DNA of 64,000 nt from Myxococcales bacterium (GTDB taxonomy: Bacteria; Myxococcota_A; Polyangia; Polyangiales; DASUME01), in NCBI GenBank assembly GCA_047601445.1, contig JASGJH010000001.1, forward strand, positions 1,184,001 through 1,248,000, given 5' to 3'. Positions within the stretch are counted from its first letter, which is position 1. Every line of letters starts with the position of its first letter. Positions 62,660-64,000 of this stretch are shown piece by piece. The notes beneath the pieces were generated by a model. That model did no database searches and was not told the origin of the DNA. It saw only the letters and a list, made by a program, of their open reading frames with translations. A program made the translations under genes and the position numbers.

Positions 62660-63916
62660 ATGTTGCAGCGACCTCCCCTCCTACCCTTCCTCGCGCTCTG
62701 CGCGTCCATCCTGCTTTGGCTCACCCCGAGCGCGCTGGCCGATGATCATGCTCCCGAGGCGCCGAGCAAGAAGGCGGTGACCCTGCATGAAGCGCACGTG
62801 TTCTACCTCTATCGCGGCGAGGGCGCCCTCTCGCTCGACGAGCGCGCACAACATGCCTCGCAGGCCCTGAGCCTGGCGGCGGGTTCGGCCACGGAGCCCG
62901 AGGTACACGTCGAAGAAAAGGGCGAGGTGGCCACCGTGCTGGCAGGCCCAACGCCCATCGTGGAGCTACGCGAAGAAGACGCCCATCTCGCCGGCGACTC
63001 CTCGCTCAAGGTACACGTGGCTTCCGTCGCTTCGCGCGTGACCAAGGCCATCGAAGGCGAACGCCGTCGCGTGTCGCTGGCCAACACGGTGTTCTCGATC
63101 TCGCTGGTGGTGTTCTTCGGCCTGATCACCGTGTATCTGGTCGGTCGCGTGTCGGAGCTGGGCGTGCGTGCCCGGCGCTACGTGAGCGAGCACCCCGAGA
63201 AGATCCCCGCGCTGCGCCTGCAGCGGCTCGACGTCATCGGCGCGGCCTCCGTGCGCAACGGCTTCCTGGTGTTCCTGGGGCTCGGGCGCTGGGCAGCCAT
63301 GTTCGGCCTGGCCTACGCCTGGCTCGTGCTCTCGCTGTCGTTGTTCGAGAGCACGCGCCCGTACACGGAGAAGCTCACGGGCATCGTGCTCTCGCCGCTG
63401 ACCGCCCTGGTGGGGCGCGTGGCCTCCGCCTTGCCGTTGTTCGCCATCGTCTTGGCGGCGGCAGCCTTGCTCGGCGTCATGATGCGCATCGCCGACCTCT
63501 TCTTCCAGAGCGTCGACCGTGGCGAAACCCACGTCGGCTGGCTGGCGCGGGAGACGGCGCTTTCGGCGGGGCTCGTGGTGCGGCTCGGTATCACGCTGTT
63601 CGCGCTGATCATCGTGGGACCCGTGATCACGGGCGATGCCGACGGATCGCTGTCGCGCATCGGCATGGTGCTGCTGGTGGCCATCGCGATCGCCGCCGTG
63701 CCCTCGTTGGCCTCGATCATCGCCGGTATCTCCACCGTGTTCTCGCGCAGCTTGGGTCTCGGAGACCTGGTCGAGTACGGCGGTGAGCGCGGACACGTCA
63801 AAGAAATCGGGCTCGTGTCGCTGACCCTGGAGGGCGACCATGGGATCGCCATCCGTGTGCCCCATGCGCGCTCGTTGTGGCATGCCACGCGCGTCGTCGA
63901 GCGGAGGCAGCGATGA
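62660..63916 (+). CDS. MscS-family mechanosensitive channel-like protein
   Basis: Several TMs, then SIIAGI...LGDLVEYGGERGHVKEIGL. Confidence 0.75.
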   Translation: MLQRPPLLPFLALCASILLWLTPSALADDHAPEAPSKKAVTLHEAHVFYLYRGEGALSLDERAQHASQALSLAAGSATEPEVHVEEKGEVATVLAGPTPIVELREEDAHLAGDSSLKVHVASVASRVTKAIEGERRRVSLANTVFSISLVVFFGLITVYLVGRVSELGVRARRYVSEHPEKIPALRLQRLDVIGAASVRNGFLVFLGLGRWAAMFGLAYAWLVLSLSLFESTRPYTEKLTGIVLSPLTALVGRVASALPLFAIVLAAAALLGVMMRIADLFFQSVDRGETHVGWLARETALSAGLVVRLGITLFALIIVGPVITGDADGSLSRIGMVLLVAIAIAAVPSLASIIAGISTVFSRSLGLGDLVEYGGERGHVKEIGLVSLTLEGDHGIAIRVPHARSLWHATRVVERRQR

Positions 63917-64000
63917 ACCCGATGCCCCTGCTCCTGGCGCTACTCGTGGTGGCGTACATCGGGAGCCTCTACACCTCGGCCGAGCGCAAGCGCTCGTTCG
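63913..64000 (+). CDS. Membrane protein, 3'-truncated by the window edge
   Basis: ATGA overlap; MNPMPLLLALLVVAYIGSL. Confidence 0.55.
   Translation, partial: MNPMPLLLALLVVAYIGSLYTSAERKRSF

Overview
High-GC window from a myxobacterium-like genome (Myxococcota hallmarks: Cys-rich DUF4215-type repeats, Gly-Asp-repeat lipoprotein, DUF2378, Ser/Thr kinase, ACIII-caa3 operon). The left half (1-31 kb) is an accessory patchwork: a frameshifted secreted metalloprotease, a CusCBA-type metal efflux operon, lipoproteins, TetR/SDR, a DUF1254 pair and an ECF sigma cluster. The right half holds core-like genes: pilR plus three tandem type IV pilins with separate sigma54 promoters, PilG-like and TMTC-like glycosyltransferase genes, and the actABCDEF-sco-coxBACD operon. 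The most striking structure is at about 29-30.3 kb. A 28-bp XerCD dif site (30182-30209), towards which KOPS motifs converge from both sides, lies inside the 5' domain I of an internally deleted group II intron (30245-29131, minus strand). The intron 3' end abuts a partial XerC-arm-like sequence and an orphan IS1202-like end. All calls were made by eye, with no database searches.
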